Below are positions 62,715-64,000 of a stretch of DNA of 64,000 bases, piece by piece. The notes beneath the pieces are model-generated. The model was not told the origin of the DNA. It ran no database searches and was given only the letters and a program-made list of their open reading frames with translations. Every line of letters starts with the position of its first letter. Position 1 is the first letter of the stretch. Origin of the DNA: Lytechinus pictus (lineage: Eukaryota); the NCBI RefSeq assembly GCF_037042905.1, contig NC_087252.1, positions 21,020,001 through 21,084,000 of the forward strand, given 5' to 3'. The position numbers and the translations under genes were made by a program.

Positions 62715-63189
62715 AGGTGGTTTCAAACCGCCTCGATCACAAGAATCCCTGTTAAATTACGAGAACTTTTTCAGGCCAGAAAATACCAGTTAATTATTCA
62801 CACCACCCCGAAACATACCCTTCGGAATAAGTTCCTGAAGTTACGAGCATGCGCACTATGGTCTAATAAGAAAGCAAGGCGCAATATTCAAAATCGCTAG
62901 CTCAGCAGCCACCCACGGTGCCCGCACCCAACTGCACGCTGGGCTAAAAAAAAAGTTCCCGTAAATTGATTTCACACTGCCAAAATACCTGCGCCCTTGG
63001 AAAAATCTCCAAAAATGTTCTCGTAACTTTGACAACTACCTACTATTTAGCTGGTATTTTCTTTCGGGGAGATTACGCATAATTTGCTTTCACATTGCCA
63101 AAATTACTTGGTTTTTTTCTGATCGGGGTAAATTTCCAGATCAGAAAACACGTGGAACTGACAAAATTTGAGGCGGTCTGAAACCACCT
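62715..63189. mobile_element. MITE with aggtggtttcaaaccgcctc TIRs
   Basis: terminal inverted repeats of about 20 bp. Confidence 0.6.
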
Positions 63190-64000
63190 AGTGAGAGAGA
63201 GAGAGTGACAGAGAGAGACAGAATGAAAGGAGAGGAGGAAGGGTGTATTGAATATTGAGAGTAAAAGGGAGAGATAGGGAGAGACAGAGATAGATTTAAA
63301 GGTGGGGGGCAGTAGGGGGCACAAGGCCGTATGACCGAAGGAGTCTATATAGAAAGAGTGGGGAGAGAGAGGATCAACAAAATGTAATATGGGGAAAGAT
63401 GACAAGAATAAAAGATCATAAGTGTGGAAATAAATAATAATAATAAATGTTTATATAGCACATAATATTCAACAGAATCTCTATGCGCTTTACAAAAGAG
63501 GTAATTAAGTCTAATACAGATATACTTAGAATGAAATACATAAATACTAAATGAAAGCTTAACAAAACATTGTAACATACCTATCCTAAACAAAATAATC
63601 TATCATGAGAACAAATAAGTTTTTAAAGATGAAAACAACTAGAAAGTGTAGAGAAAAGAATAAAGAAAAAAGGAATTAAGATATTATAGAGAAGGCAGGT
63701 AAAAACTAATACATCAAGTCTGGAGGGAGGGGGAAATACAAAAATAAGGATAGAGTAAGAGACAGTGATATTCAGAGATAAACAGACATGGACAGACACG
63801 GAGAGATAGACGTAGATTGCAGATATTCACCATCGCAATGCATGCTCTGCATCATAATGCAATGCCATGTTTTTCCCGAACCGATGCGGCATTATAAAGC
63901 AGGTGCGTGCGTTCGGCACTGAATGCACTCAAAATCAATATCTAATCTGAGCCGGAATACAGACAGTCGTCTTTGATTTGATGAGTTGGGTCGTTTTATT

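Noticed and set aside
61040..63800. Hydrophobic or L/S/F-rich ORFs, and further APP exons
   Set aside because: These come from CT/GA-rich low-complexity DNA; I found no convincing signal-peptide or GFLD exon upstream of 61570 in the window.

Overview
Eukaryotic, AT-rich, intron-rich animal DNA. The repeat landscape suggests an invertebrate deuterostome such as a sea urchin (inference only). Two convergent multi-exon genes fill the window, both with their 5' ends outside it. (1) On +, 24 coding exons (1544-41619) of a TTC3/DZIP3-family RING-H2 E3 ubiquitin ligase. (2) On -, 10 coding exons (61570-51593) of an amyloid precursor protein (APP/APLP) homologue ending in GYENPTY. All exons were joined by hand with GT-AG sites and consistent phases. 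Introns are packed with non-autonomous DNA transposons, tRNA-type SINEs and LINE scraps. These include a 4.4-kb Academ-like foldback element nested in a TTAA element. Most notable: (a) a 184-bp retroposon with a 14-bp TSD whose head is 7SL/Alu-like and whose body resembles the Deu SINE domain, a candidate non-mammalian 7SL-derived SINE; (b) recurrent tandem duplications straddling exon-intron boundaries in both genes, including a 132-bp array of five in-frame acceptors in TTC3 and a 104/105-bp array of one in-frame plus six stop-introducing acceptors in APP; (c) TTC3 and APP, both human chromosome 21 genes, sit directly tail-to-tail; (d) this APP lacks the canonical copper ligands and the basic heparin-binding loop of E1.
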